A stretch of DNA of 64,000 nucleotides, taken from NCBI GenBank assembly GCA_038253225.1, contig JBBSHH010000003.1, positions 545 to 64,544 on the forward strand. The letters run 5' to 3'. The notes beneath the pieces are model-generated. The model worked only from the letters and a program-made list of their open reading frames with translations. It had not been told where the DNA came from and ran no database searches. Both the position numbers and the translations under genes were made by a program. Below, one piece after another: positions 37,370 to 46,860 of the stretch. Positions within the stretch are counted from its first letter, which is position 1, and each line of letters starts with the position of its first letter. This stretch comes from Mycobacteriales bacterium (lineage in GTDB: Bacteria; Actinomycetota; Actinomycetes; JALYNC01).

Positions 37370-38509
37370 CTACCGGCCGGCCGGGGTGAGCCGCAGCGGG
37401 CGGCCGACCAGCCCGCGGGCGCGGCCGCCGAGCCGGTCCGCGACGGCCCGCAGCTCCTTCGACGCCGGCGCGTCGGGGTCATCGAGGACCAGCGGCCGGC
37501 CGGAGTCGCCGCCCTCCCGCAGCCGGATGTCGATCGGTACCGAGCCGAGCAAAGGGACCGTCGCGCCGGTGGCGGTGCTCAGCGCCGCCGCCACCGCGGC
37601 CCCGCCGCCGGAGCCGAACACCTCGACCAGCTCGCCGCAGTGCGGGCAGGGCAGTCCGGCCATGTTCTCCACAACGCCGGCGATGGCCTGGTGGGTCTGC
37701 AACGCCACGGTCCCGGCCCGCTCCGCCACCTCCCGGGCGGCGAGCTGCGGTGTCGTGACGACCAGCAGCTCCGCACTCGGGACCAGCTGCGCCACCGAGA
37801 TCGCGATGTCGCCGGTCCCGGGCGGCAGGTCCATCAGCAGCACGTCCAAGTCACCCCAGTAGACGTCGGCGAGGAACTGCTGCAGCGCCCGGTGCAGCAT
37901 CGGCCCGCGCCACACGACGGGGCTGTTCCCCTGCACGAACATGCCGATCGAGATGACTTTGACGCCGTACGCCGACGGCGGCATGATCATGCTCTCGACC
38001 TGGGTCGGCCGGCCGGTGACACCGAGCATCCGGGGCACCGAGTGGCCGTAGATGTCGGCGTCGACCACTCCGACCGACAGGCCGCCGGCGGCCATCGCCA
38101 CGGCGAGGTTCACCGTCACCGACGACTTGCCGACCCCGCCCTTGCCGCTGGCGACGGCGTAGACCCGGGTCAGCGAGGACGGCTGCGCGAAGGGGATCTC
38201 CCGGCTGGGTGAGTCGCCGCGCAGCTGGGTCTGCAGCGTCCGGCGTTGCTCCTCGGACATGACGTCGAGCTCGACCGCCACCCCGGTGACACCGGGCAGG
38301 GCGGCCACCGCCGCGGTCACGTCCTTGGTGATCCGGTCCTTGAGCGGGCAGCCGCTGACCGTGAGATAGATGGCGACCTGGACCCGGCCGTCGACGCCGA
38401 CCGCCACCGACTTCACCATGCCCAGCTCGGTGATCGGGCGGTGGATCTCCGGGTCGGACACGGTCGCGAGCGCGGCCAGCACGGCGTCGTTCGCAGGGGG
38501 AGTAGGCAT
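37370..38509 (-). CDS. mrp: Mrp/ApbC/NBP35 family iron-sulfur cluster carrier ATPase
   Basis: N-terminal DUF59 (MIP18-like) domain, ParA-type P-loop VASGKGGVGKSSVTVNLA, and a conserved CPxC (GLPCPHCGE). Confidence 0.9.
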   Translation of the reverse strand: MPTPPANDAVLAALATVSDPEIHRPITELGMVKSVAVGVDGRVQVAIYLTVSGCPLKDRITKDVTAAVAALPGVTGVAVELDVMSEEQRRTLQTQLRGDSPSREIPFAQPSSLTRVYAVASGKGGVGKSSVTVNLAVAMAAGGLSVGVVDADIYGHSVPRMLGVTGRPTQVESMIMPPSAYGVKVISIGMFVQGNSPVVWRGPMLHRALQQFLADVYWGDLDVLLMDLPPGTGDIAISVAQLVPSAELLVVTTPQLAAREVAERAGTVALQTHQAIAGVVENMAGLPCPHCGELVEVFGSGGGAAVAAALSTATGATVPLLGSVPIDIRLREGGDSGRPLVLDDPDAPASKELRAVADRLGGRARGLVGRPLRLTPAGR

Positions 38510-38608
38510 CGCCGGTACATGCTACGGGGCAGCGAGCCCGGCGACGGCAAGCACCAAGGCGGCCACGTGGCGGTGCGAACCGGTCACCCAAGGTCATAGC
38601 ATCGTCCG

Positions 38609-39106
38609 GTGCCGGTAACGCGGGTGAGGGATCGGGGTCGCTCGGTGCCCGCGCCCGACGAGCTGGTGATGTGGCGTGCGTTCCTGCGCGCCCACGCGGT
38701 GCTGACCCGGCGGCTCGAGGCGGATCTGATGGTCGAGTGCGGGCTGCCGCTGCCGTGGTACGACGTGCTGCTCCAGCTCGCCGAGGCCCCCCAGCGGCGG
38801 CTGCGGATGACCGAGCTCGCCGACCGGGTGCTGCTCTCCCGAAGCGGGCTGACCCGGCTGGTCGATCGGTTGCAGCAGGACCGGCTGGTCCGGCGGGAGC
38901 CCTGCCCGAGCGACGCCCGCGGCACGTTCACGGTCCTGACCGACGGCGGCCTGGCCCGGCTCCGGGCCGCCTCACCCGTCCACCTGAACGGCATCGCCAC
39001 CGCGGTGACCGGCCGGTACTCCCCGGTCGAGCTCGCCACGCTGGGCCAGCTGCTGTCCCGGCTCGGCACGGCACCGTCGGAGTGGCCCGACTCAGGCGCG
39101 AAGTAG
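38609..39106 (+). CDS. MarR family transcriptional regulator
   Basis: Winged-helix region MTELADRVLLSRSGLTRLVDRLQQDRLVRRE. Confidence 0.8.
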   Translation: MPVTRVRDRGRSVPAPDELVMWRAFLRAHAVLTRRLEADLMVECGLPLPWYDVLLQLAEAPQRRLRMTELADRVLLSRSGLTRLVDRLQQDRLVRREPCPSDARGTFTVLTDGGLARLRAASPVHLNGIATAVTGRYSPVELATLGQLLSRLGTAPSEWPDSGAK

Positions 39107-41422
39107 CGCCGCCACCCCGTGCTCGAGGGCGGCTGCCCCGACCGGCTTGGCCAGGGTCGCGTCGGCGCCGGAACCGGTGAGCTCCGCCGTTCCGGTGCCG
39201 GCCTCGTCGACGAAGGCGAGGATCGGTAGCGGGTCCCCGTCGGCGGCCCGCAGCCGGCGCAGCAGCGCGGGTGCGGGAAGGTCCGCCAGCTCGCTGTCCA
39301 CGAGGACTCCGGCGTAGTCGCCGCCGGCGGCGAGCTGGAGCGCCTCTTCCGCGGTGCCGACCGCGTCCACCTCGGCGGAGCCGGTCAGTGCGGCGCTGAC
39401 GAACGAGCGGAAGCCCGGGTCGTGGCTGGCCAGCAGCACCCGCGGTGCGAGCACCTGTTCGAGGGCGGCGGTTCGCCCGGCGGCGACCGGCGCCGGCGCG
39501 GGGGTGCGGCAGTACGGGCACACCTTCCAGCTGGCGTCGAGCGGGCGGGCGCAGCTGTCGCAGCGGCCGCGACCGACCGGGGTGGTGCACCAGGGGCAGA
39601 CGACCATGTCGTCGGTGACGCCGTTGCGGCAGCTCGGGCAGTGCGCCCCGGCGCCGTCGTCGACCTGGGTGACCCGCAGGACCTCCTCGAACGTCGTCTC
39701 GCCGCGGCGGGCCTTGGCCAGCCCGGAGCCCCGCATGGTCACCATCCCGGCCGCCCGGGCGGCCGTCGCCACCGCGGCCTCGGTCGGGTTCTCCAGCAGC
39801 ACCGCACGCATCGTCGCGGTCACCACGAGCACCTCGAACACGCCCAGTCGGCCCTTGTAGCCGGTGCCGCCGCAGTCCGAGCAGCCGCGACCGCGCCGCG
39901 GTGTGTCCTCGGCGAGGTCGGCGGCGGTGAGCCCCAGCAGCTGCAGCACCCGGGCGGAGGGGATGTAGGGCTCGGCGCAGGCCGCACACGGCCGCCGGAC
40001 CAGCCGCTGACCGACCACGAGGGAGAGCGACGAGGCGACGAGGAAGGGCTCGACACCCATGTCGACGAGCCGGGTCAGCGCCGCCGGTGCGTTGTTCGTG
40101 TGCAGGGTCGTCAGCACGAGGTGGCCGGTGAGCGAGGCCTCCAGCGCCAGCTTCGCCGTCTCGGTGTCCCGGACCTCGCCGACCAGCACCACGTCGGGGT
40201 CCTGCCGCAGGATCGAACGCAGCCCGCGGGCGAAGCTCAGGCCGGCCTTGTCGTTGGTCTGCACCTGGGTGATCCCCGGCACCTGGATCTCGACGGGGTC
40301 CTCGAGCGTGACGATGTTCCGCTCCGGCGTGCGGATGTGGTTGATCGCCGAGTACAGCGTGTTCGTCTTGCCGGAGCCGGTCGGGCCGGTGATGAGCACG
40401 AGGCCCTGCGGCGAGGCCAGCGAGGTCAGCAGCCCCTCCAGCTGCTCACCCTCGATGCCCATCCGCTGGATCGCCGGCACCGAGTCGGCTCGGGTGAGCA
40501 GCCGGACGACAATCTTCTCGCCGTGGACGGCGGGCAGCGTGCTGACCCGGCAGTCGATCTTCTGGCCGTCCACGAGCAGCTGGGTGCGGCCGTCCTGCGG
40601 TACCCGCCGCTCGGCGATGTCCAGGCCGGCCACCACCTTCACCCGGCTCACCAGCCCGGCGGCGGCCGACTTCGGCACGGTCATCACGTCGCGCAGGACG
40701 CCGTCGACGCGGTAGCGGATCCGGACCTCCTTGGCCTCGGGCTGCACGTGCACGTCGCTGGCGTTGGCGCGGACCGCGTCGGCGAGCACCACGTTGACCA
40801 GCCGGACCAGCGGCGCGTCGTCGATGGAGCCGGCGCCGGCCGGGTCCAGCTCGGAGGTGTCGGGCTCGAGCTCCTCGAAGAAGCCGACCATGTCGGGGTT
40901 GCTCTCCGACAGCGACCACGCCCGGCCCAGGTAGTCGCGCAGCTGGCTCTCCGTCGCGACGACCACGCTGAGGTCGGCCACCCCGGTGTAGAGCTTGACG
41001 TCGTCAAGAGCCACGACGTTCGTCGGGTCGACGCAGGCCACCCGCAGGCCGCTGCCGGTCCGGTCCAGGACCAGCACGCCGCTGCGATGCGCGACCGCCT
41101 GCGGCAGCAGCCGCACCAGCTCCTGATTGATCGAGGTGCGGCCGAGATCGACCAACGGCAGGTTCAGGGCGCTCGCGAGCGCGCTCGCGAGCGCCCGCTC
41201 GTCGGTGAAACCGCTCTCGATCAGCACCTGCCCCAACCGCCGCCGCCGGGTGCCGGCGGGGGTCTCCGCCTGTGTCCGCAGCGCCTCGTGCAGCTGGCTC
41301 TCGGTGATCGCCCCCTGCTCCAGAAGCACCTCACCGAGCCGGCGACGACGGCGCTCCGCGGCCGGCGCCGGCGCCGGCGGGGTCGGCAGGCGGTCGGTGG
41401 TGCCGAAATGGGGCGGAGTCAC
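39092..41422 (-). CDS. orphan PilB/GspE-type secretion ATPase with N-terminal MshEN-like domain, extra C-terminal zinc ribbons and a CheY-like receiver-like domain
   Basis: The N-terminus carries two RLGxxLLxxGxIxxxxLxxALxxQ-like repeats (RRLGEVLLEQGAITESQLHEALRTQ and RRLGQVLIESGFTDERALASALASAL). The ATPase core has Walker A GPTGSGKT, Asp-box/Walker B DPDVVLVGEVRD, His box LVLTTLHTNNA, and the tetracysteine CAAC...CSDC. Next come CPSC...CPWC and CDSC...CPYC zinc ribbons. The tail (VLLASHD, VLVDSELADLP, LAKP) has a REC fold. Confidence 0.85.
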   Translation of the reverse strand: MTPPHFGTTDRLPTPPAPAPAAERRRRRLGEVLLEQGAITESQLHEALRTQAETPAGTRRRRLGQVLIESGFTDERALASALASALNLPLVDLGRTSINQELVRLLPQAVAHRSGVLVLDRTGSGLRVACVDPTNVVALDDVKLYTGVADLSVVVATESQLRDYLGRAWSLSESNPDMVGFFEELEPDTSELDPAGAGSIDDAPLVRLVNVVLADAVRANASDVHVQPEAKEVRIRYRVDGVLRDVMTVPKSAAAGLVSRVKVVAGLDIAERRVPQDGRTQLLVDGQKIDCRVSTLPAVHGEKIVVRLLTRADSVPAIQRMGIEGEQLEGLLTSLASPQGLVLITGPTGSGKTNTLYSAINHIRTPERNIVTLEDPVEIQVPGITQVQTNDKAGLSFARGLRSILRQDPDVVLVGEVRDTETAKLALEASLTGHLVLTTLHTNNAPAALTRLVDMGVEPFLVASSLSLVVGQRLVRRPCAACAEPYIPSARVLQLLGLTAADLAEDTPRRGRGCSDCGGTGYKGRLGVFEVLVVTATMRAVLLENPTEAAVATAARAAGMVTMRGSGLAKARRGETTFEEVLRVTQVDDGAGAHCPSCRNGVTDDMVVCPWCTTPVGRGRCDSCARPLDASWKVCPYCRTPAPAPVAAGRTAALEQVLAPRVLLASHDPGFRSFVSAALTGSAEVDAVGTAEEALQLAAGGDYAGVLVDSELADLPAPALLRRLRAADGDPLPILAFVDEAGTGTAELTGSGADATLAKPVGAAALEHGVAALLRA

Positions 41423-41494
41423 CTCATGTCTCTCGGCCGCCGGGCGGCCGGAGTGAAGAGCCGGCGCCGACCCTTTCGCGATCGGCCGTCCGGG

Positions 41495-42040
41495 CTACCC
41501 GCCCCCGGCGACCGGGTGATCCTGCGGTAGCCGCAGCCCGTCGCCGTCCCGCGCCTCGAGCAGGTCCTCGGCCAGTCGTTGCAGCTCCGAGCGGAGGAAG
41601 TCGCGGGTGGCGACCTCCCCGAGCGCGATCCGCAGCCCGGCGACCTCGCGGGTGAGGTACTCGGTGTCGGCGATCGCCCGCGAGTTGACCGACCGGTCCT
41701 GGTCGAGGTTGACCCGGTCCCTGTCGTCCTGCCGGTTCTGCGCCAGCAGGATCAGCGGCGCGGCGTACGCCGCCTGCAGGGACAGCACCAGGGTGAGGAA
41801 CTGGAACGGGTAGCGGTCGAAGCCGCGGTAGACCGCGGCGGGCAGCACGTTGACCACGATCCAGATCGCGATCATGACGCTCTGGATGACCAGGAAGCGA
41901 GCGGTGCCGATGAAGCGGGCGATGGTCTCGGCCAGCCGCCCGAACGCGTCCGGGGAGTAGTGCGGCCGGGGCACGACCTGCCGGCGGATCTCCCGCGGCT
42001 GGTCGAGCCGCGGCTCCCGCCGACGGTCAGCCCGAGTCAC
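41495..42040 (-). CDS. DUF1003 domain membrane protein
   Basis: YSPDAFGRLAETIARFIGTARFLVIQSVMIAIWIVVNV, then a second TM helix and a coiled-coil tail. Typically paired with the MgtE-N/CBS protein upstream. Confidence 0.75.
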   Translation of the reverse strand: MTRADRRREPRLDQPREIRRQVVPRPHYSPDAFGRLAETIARFIGTARFLVIQSVMIAIWIVVNVLPAAVYRGFDRYPFQFLTLVLSLQAAYAAPLILLAQNRQDDRDRVNLDQDRSVNSRAIADTEYLTREVAGLRIALGEVATRDFLRSELQRLAEDLLEARDGDGLRLPQDHPVAGGG

Positions 42041-43325
42041 GCACCCGGCCGTCCTCTTCGGCGGTGCTGTCGCGCCAGTTGTCCGGCAGCAGGTGGTCCA
42101 GGACGTCGTCGACGGTGACCGCACCGAGGAGGTGGTCGTTGTCGTCCACGATCGGTACCGCGACAAGGTTGTACGTCGCCAGGTAGCTGGTCAGCTGCTG
42201 CAGCGCGGTGTCGGGGCGCAACGGGCCGATATCGGTGTCCATCACCCCGCTGACCAGCGCGGAGGGCGGCTCGCGCAGCAGCCGCTGCATGTGCGCGATG
42301 CCGAGGTACCTCCCGGTCGGAGTCTCGGTGGGTGACCGGCAGACGTAGACCTGGCTGGCCAGCGCCGGGCTCACCTCCGGGTTGCGGACCCTGGCCAGGG
42401 CCTCCGCCACCGTGGCGTCCGGCGCCAGGATGATCGGTTCGGAGGTCATCATGCCGCCGGCGGTGTCGTCGGAGTAGCTCAGCAACCGGCGGACCGGCGC
42501 CGCCTCGTCCGGCTCCATCAGCGCCAGCAGCCGCTCCGCCTCGTCGGTGGGCAGCTCGGCCAGTAGGTCGGCCGCGTCGTCCGGGGCCATCGCCTCGAGC
42601 ACGTCCGCGGCCCGGACGTCCTCGAGCTTGCCGAGGATCTCGACCTGGTCGTCCTCCGGCAGCTCCTCGAGCACGTCGGCGAGCCGCTCGTCGTCGAGGG
42701 CGGCGGCGACCTCGGCCCGGCGCTTCGGGGACAGCTCGTGGAGCACGTTCGCCAGGTCCGCCGGGCGCAGCTGGTCGAAGGCCGCCAGCAGGTTCGCCGC
42801 CCCCTGGCCCTGCTCCTCGAGCGAGAAGCCGGTCACCGCGTCCCAGTCGACGATCGTGACGTGCGCGCGGCGGCGCATCCCGCCGGCCGGGCGGACCGCG
42901 ACCTTGGTCACGATCCAGTCCCGGGCCCTGGTCTGCTCCATGCCGGCGTCGACGACGATCAACGCCGCCTTGTCCTCCAGCCGGGTGACGCGGCGGTCCA
43001 ACAGCTCGCCGAGGACCAGCGTCTCGCCGGTCCGCTGCTCGAACCGGCGCAGGCTCACCGTGCCGGTGATGATCACCGCGTCGGCCTCGAACGTGGTGAC
43101 CCGGCCGATCGGGACGAACACCCGTCGGCGGGGCTGCATCTCGACGACCAGCCCGAGCACCCGCGGTGGCTGCCGGCCGATGCGCAGCGCGACGACGACG
43201 TCGCGCACCCGGCCCACCTGGTCGCCGTTCGGGTCGAACACGGCCAGGTCGGCGAGGCGCGCGACGAACACCCTCGTCGGCGGCCCGCTCACGGGGGCTG
43301 AGGTTACCGCCGTTCTGGCCGGCAC
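42027..43325 (-). CDS. soluble MgtE N-terminal domain / tandem CBS domain protein (no transporter TM domain), with PRC-barrel-like N-terminus
   Basis: MgtE_N acidic helices (LAELPTDEAERLLALMEPDEAAPVRRLL) and a CBS pair (MTSEPIILAPDATVAEALARV...LVAVPIVDDNDHLLGAVTVDDVL). No hydrophobic C-terminal domain. Confidence 0.8.
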   Translation of the reverse strand: MPARTAVTSAPVSGPPTRVFVARLADLAVFDPNGDQVGRVRDVVVALRIGRQPPRVLGLVVEMQPRRRVFVPIGRVTTFEADAVIITGTVSLRRFEQRTGETLVLGELLDRRVTRLEDKAALIVVDAGMEQTRARDWIVTKVAVRPAGGMRRRAHVTIVDWDAVTGFSLEEQGQGAANLLAAFDQLRPADLANVLHELSPKRRAEVAAALDDERLADVLEELPEDDQVEILGKLEDVRAADVLEAMAPDDAADLLAELPTDEAERLLALMEPDEAAPVRRLLSYSDDTAGGMMTSEPIILAPDATVAEALARVRNPEVSPALASQVYVCRSPTETPTGRYLGIAHMQRLLREPPSALVSGVMDTDIGPLRPDTALQQLTSYLATYNLVAVPIVDDNDHLLGAVTVDDVLDHLLPDNWRDSTAEEDGRVRDSG

Positions 43326-43345
43326 AACCGATCTAGGGTGCCGGC

Positions 43346-44263
43346 ATGGCCGGGTTGCCCTACGACGTCGTCGACGTCTTCACCGACACGCCCTACGCCG
43401 GCAACCCGCTGGCGGTGGTGCTCGACAGTGACGACCTGCCCATGGCTGCGCTGCAGGCGCTGGCGCGGGAGTTCCAGCTGTCCGAGACGGCGTTCCCGCA
43501 GCGGCCGGACCGGGCCGACGCCGACTACCGGTTGCGGATCTTCACACCGCAGGTCGAGCTGCCGTTCGCGGGTCACCCCTCGGTCGGGACCGCGTGGGTG
43601 CTGGCCCGGCGAGGCCGGGTCTCGCCGGGAGTGCTGCGGCAGTCCTGCGGGGCCGGCCTGCTGTCCCTGACGGTGGCACCGGGGCCGGGCCGGGTGCAGC
43701 TCACCGGGGGGACACCACGGGCGGGTGCGCCGGTGCCGGCGGAGCCGCTGCTCGCCGCGGTCGGCCTGAGCCCGGCCGACCTGGCCGGCCCGGCACCGCG
43801 GGCCTGCGGCGCCGGTCTGGACTTCGGCTACCTCTGCGTGCGCGACGACGCGGTCGCCCGGGCCGAGCCGGATCACCGGGCGCTGCGCCGGCTGGCCGGC
43901 TCCGGCGCCGCCCCGGCCGGGCTGTCGGTGTTCGGCTGGGCGGCCGGGGTCGCGCACGCCCGGGTCTTCGCCGCCGAGGTCGGGGTGAGCGAGGATCCGG
44001 CCACCGGCTCGGCCGCGCTCGGTCTCGGCGTCTGGCTGGTCGCCGCCGGGCTGCTGCCCGGCGAGGGCGAGTCGGCGTACGTCGTGCGTCAGGGCGGCGA
44101 GATCGGCCGGCCCGCCACGCTGGACTGCGGGGTCGAGGCGGCCGGCGGCCGGGCTCGCCGCGTGCGGGTGGCCGGGTCCGTGGTGCCGATAGCCAGTGGC
44201 GAGATCGTCCGACCACCCACCGAGCCGGTGGCGTCCAGCCGGACGACGAGGCGAGCGGGCTAG
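43346..44263 (+). CDS. PhzF family phenazine-biosynthesis-like isomerase
   Basis: DVFTDTPYAGNPLAVV and FQLSETAF motifs, about 300-aa DAP-epimerase-like fold. Confidence 0.85.
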   Translation: MAGLPYDVVDVFTDTPYAGNPLAVVLDSDDLPMAALQALAREFQLSETAFPQRPDRADADYRLRIFTPQVELPFAGHPSVGTAWVLARRGRVSPGVLRQSCGAGLLSLTVAPGPGRVQLTGGTPRAGAPVPAEPLLAAVGLSPADLAGPAPRACGAGLDFGYLCVRDDAVARAEPDHRALRRLAGSGAAPAGLSVFGWAAGVAHARVFAAEVGVSEDPATGSAALGLGVWLVAAGLLPGEGESAYVVRQGGEIGRPATLDCGVEAAGGRARRVRVAGSVVPIASGEIVRPPTEPVASSRTTRRAG

Positions 44264-44796
44264 AGGCGCTTACGTCGGGGCCGCCGGTGCAGGGTGAACG
44301 GGACCCGGACCCGGGTGGTGGCCGGGGTGTCCGCCGGCTCGGCGGCGTGCGAGGACGTCGAGAGCCGGTCCGGGCTCTCCAGCAGCTCACCGGCCGGCGC
44401 CAGCCGGTGCAGCACCGACTCGCGGGCCCACCGGGCCGGCGCCTCGTCGCCGTCGGGCGGGTTCAACCGCTTGGCCTGCAGCAGCGGCACCACCGCGGCC
44501 CAGTCGGCGCTGCCCGGCGCCACCGCCGCGACCGCGGCGGGCCAGGTCACCAGCCGGCCGCCGGTGTCCTTGCTGGCCACCGTCACGCTCACCGGCCGGC
44601 CCCCGGTCGCCGCGGCGGCCATCCCGGGCAGCTCCTGCTCGCGGCCGCCGGTGAGGACGTACGCCGCGCCCTCGTGCCAGATGTGCCACACCGGTCGGGG
44701 GCGGCCGCCCGGCACCGTCACCCAGACCAGCCCGCTCTTCCGGGTTGCTTCGGCGACCAACGCCTGGTCCCGGCCGGCAGGGTCGGCGACACCGAC
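44260..44796 (-). CDS. hypothetical protein (about 178 aa)
   Basis: C-terminal portion of a 308-aa minus ORF with protein-like composition (VWVTVPGGRPRPVWHIWHEGAAYVLTGG...). The upstream part is Ser/Ala-rich junk. The plus-strand alternative is clearly spurious. Confidence 0.35.
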   Translation of the reverse strand, partial: VGVADPAGRDQALVAEATRKSGLVWVTVPGGRPRPVWHIWHEGAAYVLTGGREQELPGMAAAATGGRPVSVTVASKDTGGRLVTWPAAVAAVAPGSADWAAVVPLLQAKRLNPPDGDEAPARWARESVLHRLAPAGELLESPDRLSTSSHAAEPADTPATTRVRVPFTLHRRPRRKRL

Positions 44797-44965
44797 GGGC
44801 GGCTCCGTGGTGCCCCGGTCGCTCACCGGGTCAAGCCTGCCACGTCGAGCCGATACTGGTGCGGTGCGCGCCGACCCGGGCGGTACGGCGCTCGGCGCCG
44901 ACCGCCGACCGCTGCCCGGCCCCGCGCGCGCCGGGGTGCACCGCCCGCCCGGCGCTGACGTCGCG

Positions 44966-45838
44966 GTGCTGACGGTCGCGGTGCTCGCGGTCAGCACCTC
45001 GGGACCGCTGATCGCCGCCTGCGCCGCGCCGGCGCTGGCGATCGCGTTCTGGCGCAACGCGATGGCCAGTGGCGTGCTGCTGCCATGGGCGCTGCTCCGG
45101 CACCGCGGTGAGCTACGCCGCCTCGACGCCCGCGAGTGCGGGCTTGCGCTGCTGGCCGGCGCGGCGCTGGCCGGGCACTTCGCCACCTGGGTGCCGAGCC
45201 TGTCCTATACCTCGGTCGCGAGCGCCACCGCGCTGGTCGCGACCCAGCCGATCTGGGCGGCGCTGATCGCCCGCTCCCGGGGCCACCACATCCCGGTCAA
45301 CGCCTGGGGCGGCATCCTGCTCGCGGTGCTCGGCGCGGTGCTGCTTTCCGGGGTGGACTTCGCCGCCGACCGCCGCGCGCTGGTCGGCGACGGGCTGGCG
45401 TTGGTCGGAGGGCTGCTCGCCGCGGTGTACATGGCCACCGGCAGCGAGGTCCGCCGGAGCGTCAGCACCACGACGTACACGACGGTCTGCTACACCACCG
45501 CGGCGGCGCTGCTGCTCGGCTGCTGCGGGGTCGCCGGCGCCTCCCTCACCGGTTACTCCGCCCGGACCTGGTGGCAGCTCGCCGCGCTGACCGCCGGCGC
45601 CCAGCTGCTCGGCCACTCGCTGATCAACCGGGTGCTGCGCACCAGCAGCGCCACCGTGGTGTCGCTGTCGATCCTGTTCGAGATCCCCGGCGCGGCCCTG
45701 ATCGCTGCGGTGTTCCTCGCGCAGCGACCCCCGGCGGCGGCCATCCCGGCCGCCCTGCTGCTGGTCGCCGGGGTGGCGCTCGTCGTCGGACGCGGCGACC
45801 GCACCGAGCCGTCCCCGCCGGCCGCGCCGGTGGAGTGA
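44966..45838 (+). CDS. EamA/DMT family transporter
   Basis: Ten predicted TM helices in two EamA repeats. GTG at 44966. The upstream part of the track ORF is S/T/A/G-rich junk. Confidence 0.8.
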   Translation: MLTVAVLAVSTSGPLIAACAAPALAIAFWRNAMASGVLLPWALLRHRGELRRLDARECGLALLAGAALAGHFATWVPSLSYTSVASATALVATQPIWAALIARSRGHHIPVNAWGGILLAVLGAVLLSGVDFAADRRALVGDGLALVGGLLAAVYMATGSEVRRSVSTTTYTTVCYTTAAALLLGCCGVAGASLTGYSARTWWQLAALTAGAQLLGHSLINRVLRTSSATVVSLSILFEIPGAALIAAVFLAQRPPAAAIPAALLLVAGVALVVGRGDRTEPSPPAAPVE

Positions 45839-45892
45839 GCCCGGCTGCTCTTACGCTCGCCGCACCCGGCCGGCAGCCGCGAAGGAGGTCCC

Positions 45893-46840
45893 GTGCCGCC
45901 GCCCGCCCGCGCCCGCCGCTCCTGCCTCGCCGTCCCGGGCAGCTCCCCGAAAATGCTCGCCAAGGCGCCCGGCCTGGCTGCCGACATGGTGTTCCTCGAC
46001 CTCGAGGACGCGGTCGCCCCGCAGGCCAAGGAGGCGGCCCGGTCCAACGTCGTCGCGGCGCTCAACGGCGGCGGCTGGCGAGCCGGCACGCTGGCCGTGC
46101 GGGTCAACGACCTGACCACGCCGTGGACCTACCGGGACGTCGTGACCGTGGTCGAGGGCGCCGGCGCGAACCTCGACTGCCTGCTGCTGCCCAAGGTCTG
46201 CTCGGCCGAGCAGGTGCACTGGCTCGACATCCTGCTCACCCAGATCGAAGCGGCGACGGGTCTCGGGCACCGGATCGGCATCGAGGCTCAGATCGAGAGC
46301 GCCCGCGGGCTGGTCGAGGTGGACCGGATCGCGGCCGCCTCCGATCGGCTCGAGACGCTGGTCTTCGGCCCCGCCGACTTCATGGCCTCGCTGGCCATGC
46401 CGAATCTGGTGGTCGGGCGGCTGGACCCGGACTACCCCGGCGACCCGCTGCACTACGCGCTGCTGCGGATCCTGGTCGCCGCGCGGGCGGCCGGTCTGCA
46501 GGCCATCGACGGGCCGTACCTGCACATTCCCGACCTCGACGGGTTCCGGGCCGGCGCCCGGCGCTCGGCGGCGTTGGGCTACGACGGGAAGTGGGTGCTG
46601 CACCCGAGCCAGATCGCCGCGGCGAACGAGATCTACGCACCGCGGCAGGACGACTACGAGCGCGCCGAGCTGATCCTCGACGCCTACGACCACATCACCC
46701 AGGTGGAGGGCCGCGGTGCCGCCATGCTCGACGACGAGATGATCGACGAGGCGTCCCGCAAGATGGCGCTGGTCATCGCGGGCAAGGGACGGGCCGCCGG
46801 GCTGCGCCGGACCGGTCGGTTCTCCCTGCCGGCCGGCTGA
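45893..46840 (+). CDS. citE: HpcH/HpaI aldolase / citrate lyase beta-subunit (CitE) family protein
   Basis: SCLAVPGSSPKMLAKA...DMVFLDLEDAV, typical of the CitE N-terminus. SD GAAGGAGG upstream of the GTG. Confidence 0.85.
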   Translation: MPPPARARRSCLAVPGSSPKMLAKAPGLAADMVFLDLEDAVAPQAKEAARSNVVAALNGGGWRAGTLAVRVNDLTTPWTYRDVVTVVEGAGANLDCLLLPKVCSAEQVHWLDILLTQIEAATGLGHRIGIEAQIESARGLVEVDRIAAASDRLETLVFGPADFMASLAMPNLVVGRLDPDYPGDPLHYALLRILVAARAAGLQAIDGPYLHIPDLDGFRAGARRSAALGYDGKWVLHPSQIAAANEIYAPRQDDYERAELILDAYDHITQVEGRGAAMLDDEMIDEASRKMALVIAGKGRAAGLRRTGRFSLPAG

Positions 46841-46860
46841 CCCGAAGCCGAGCGGCCCGG

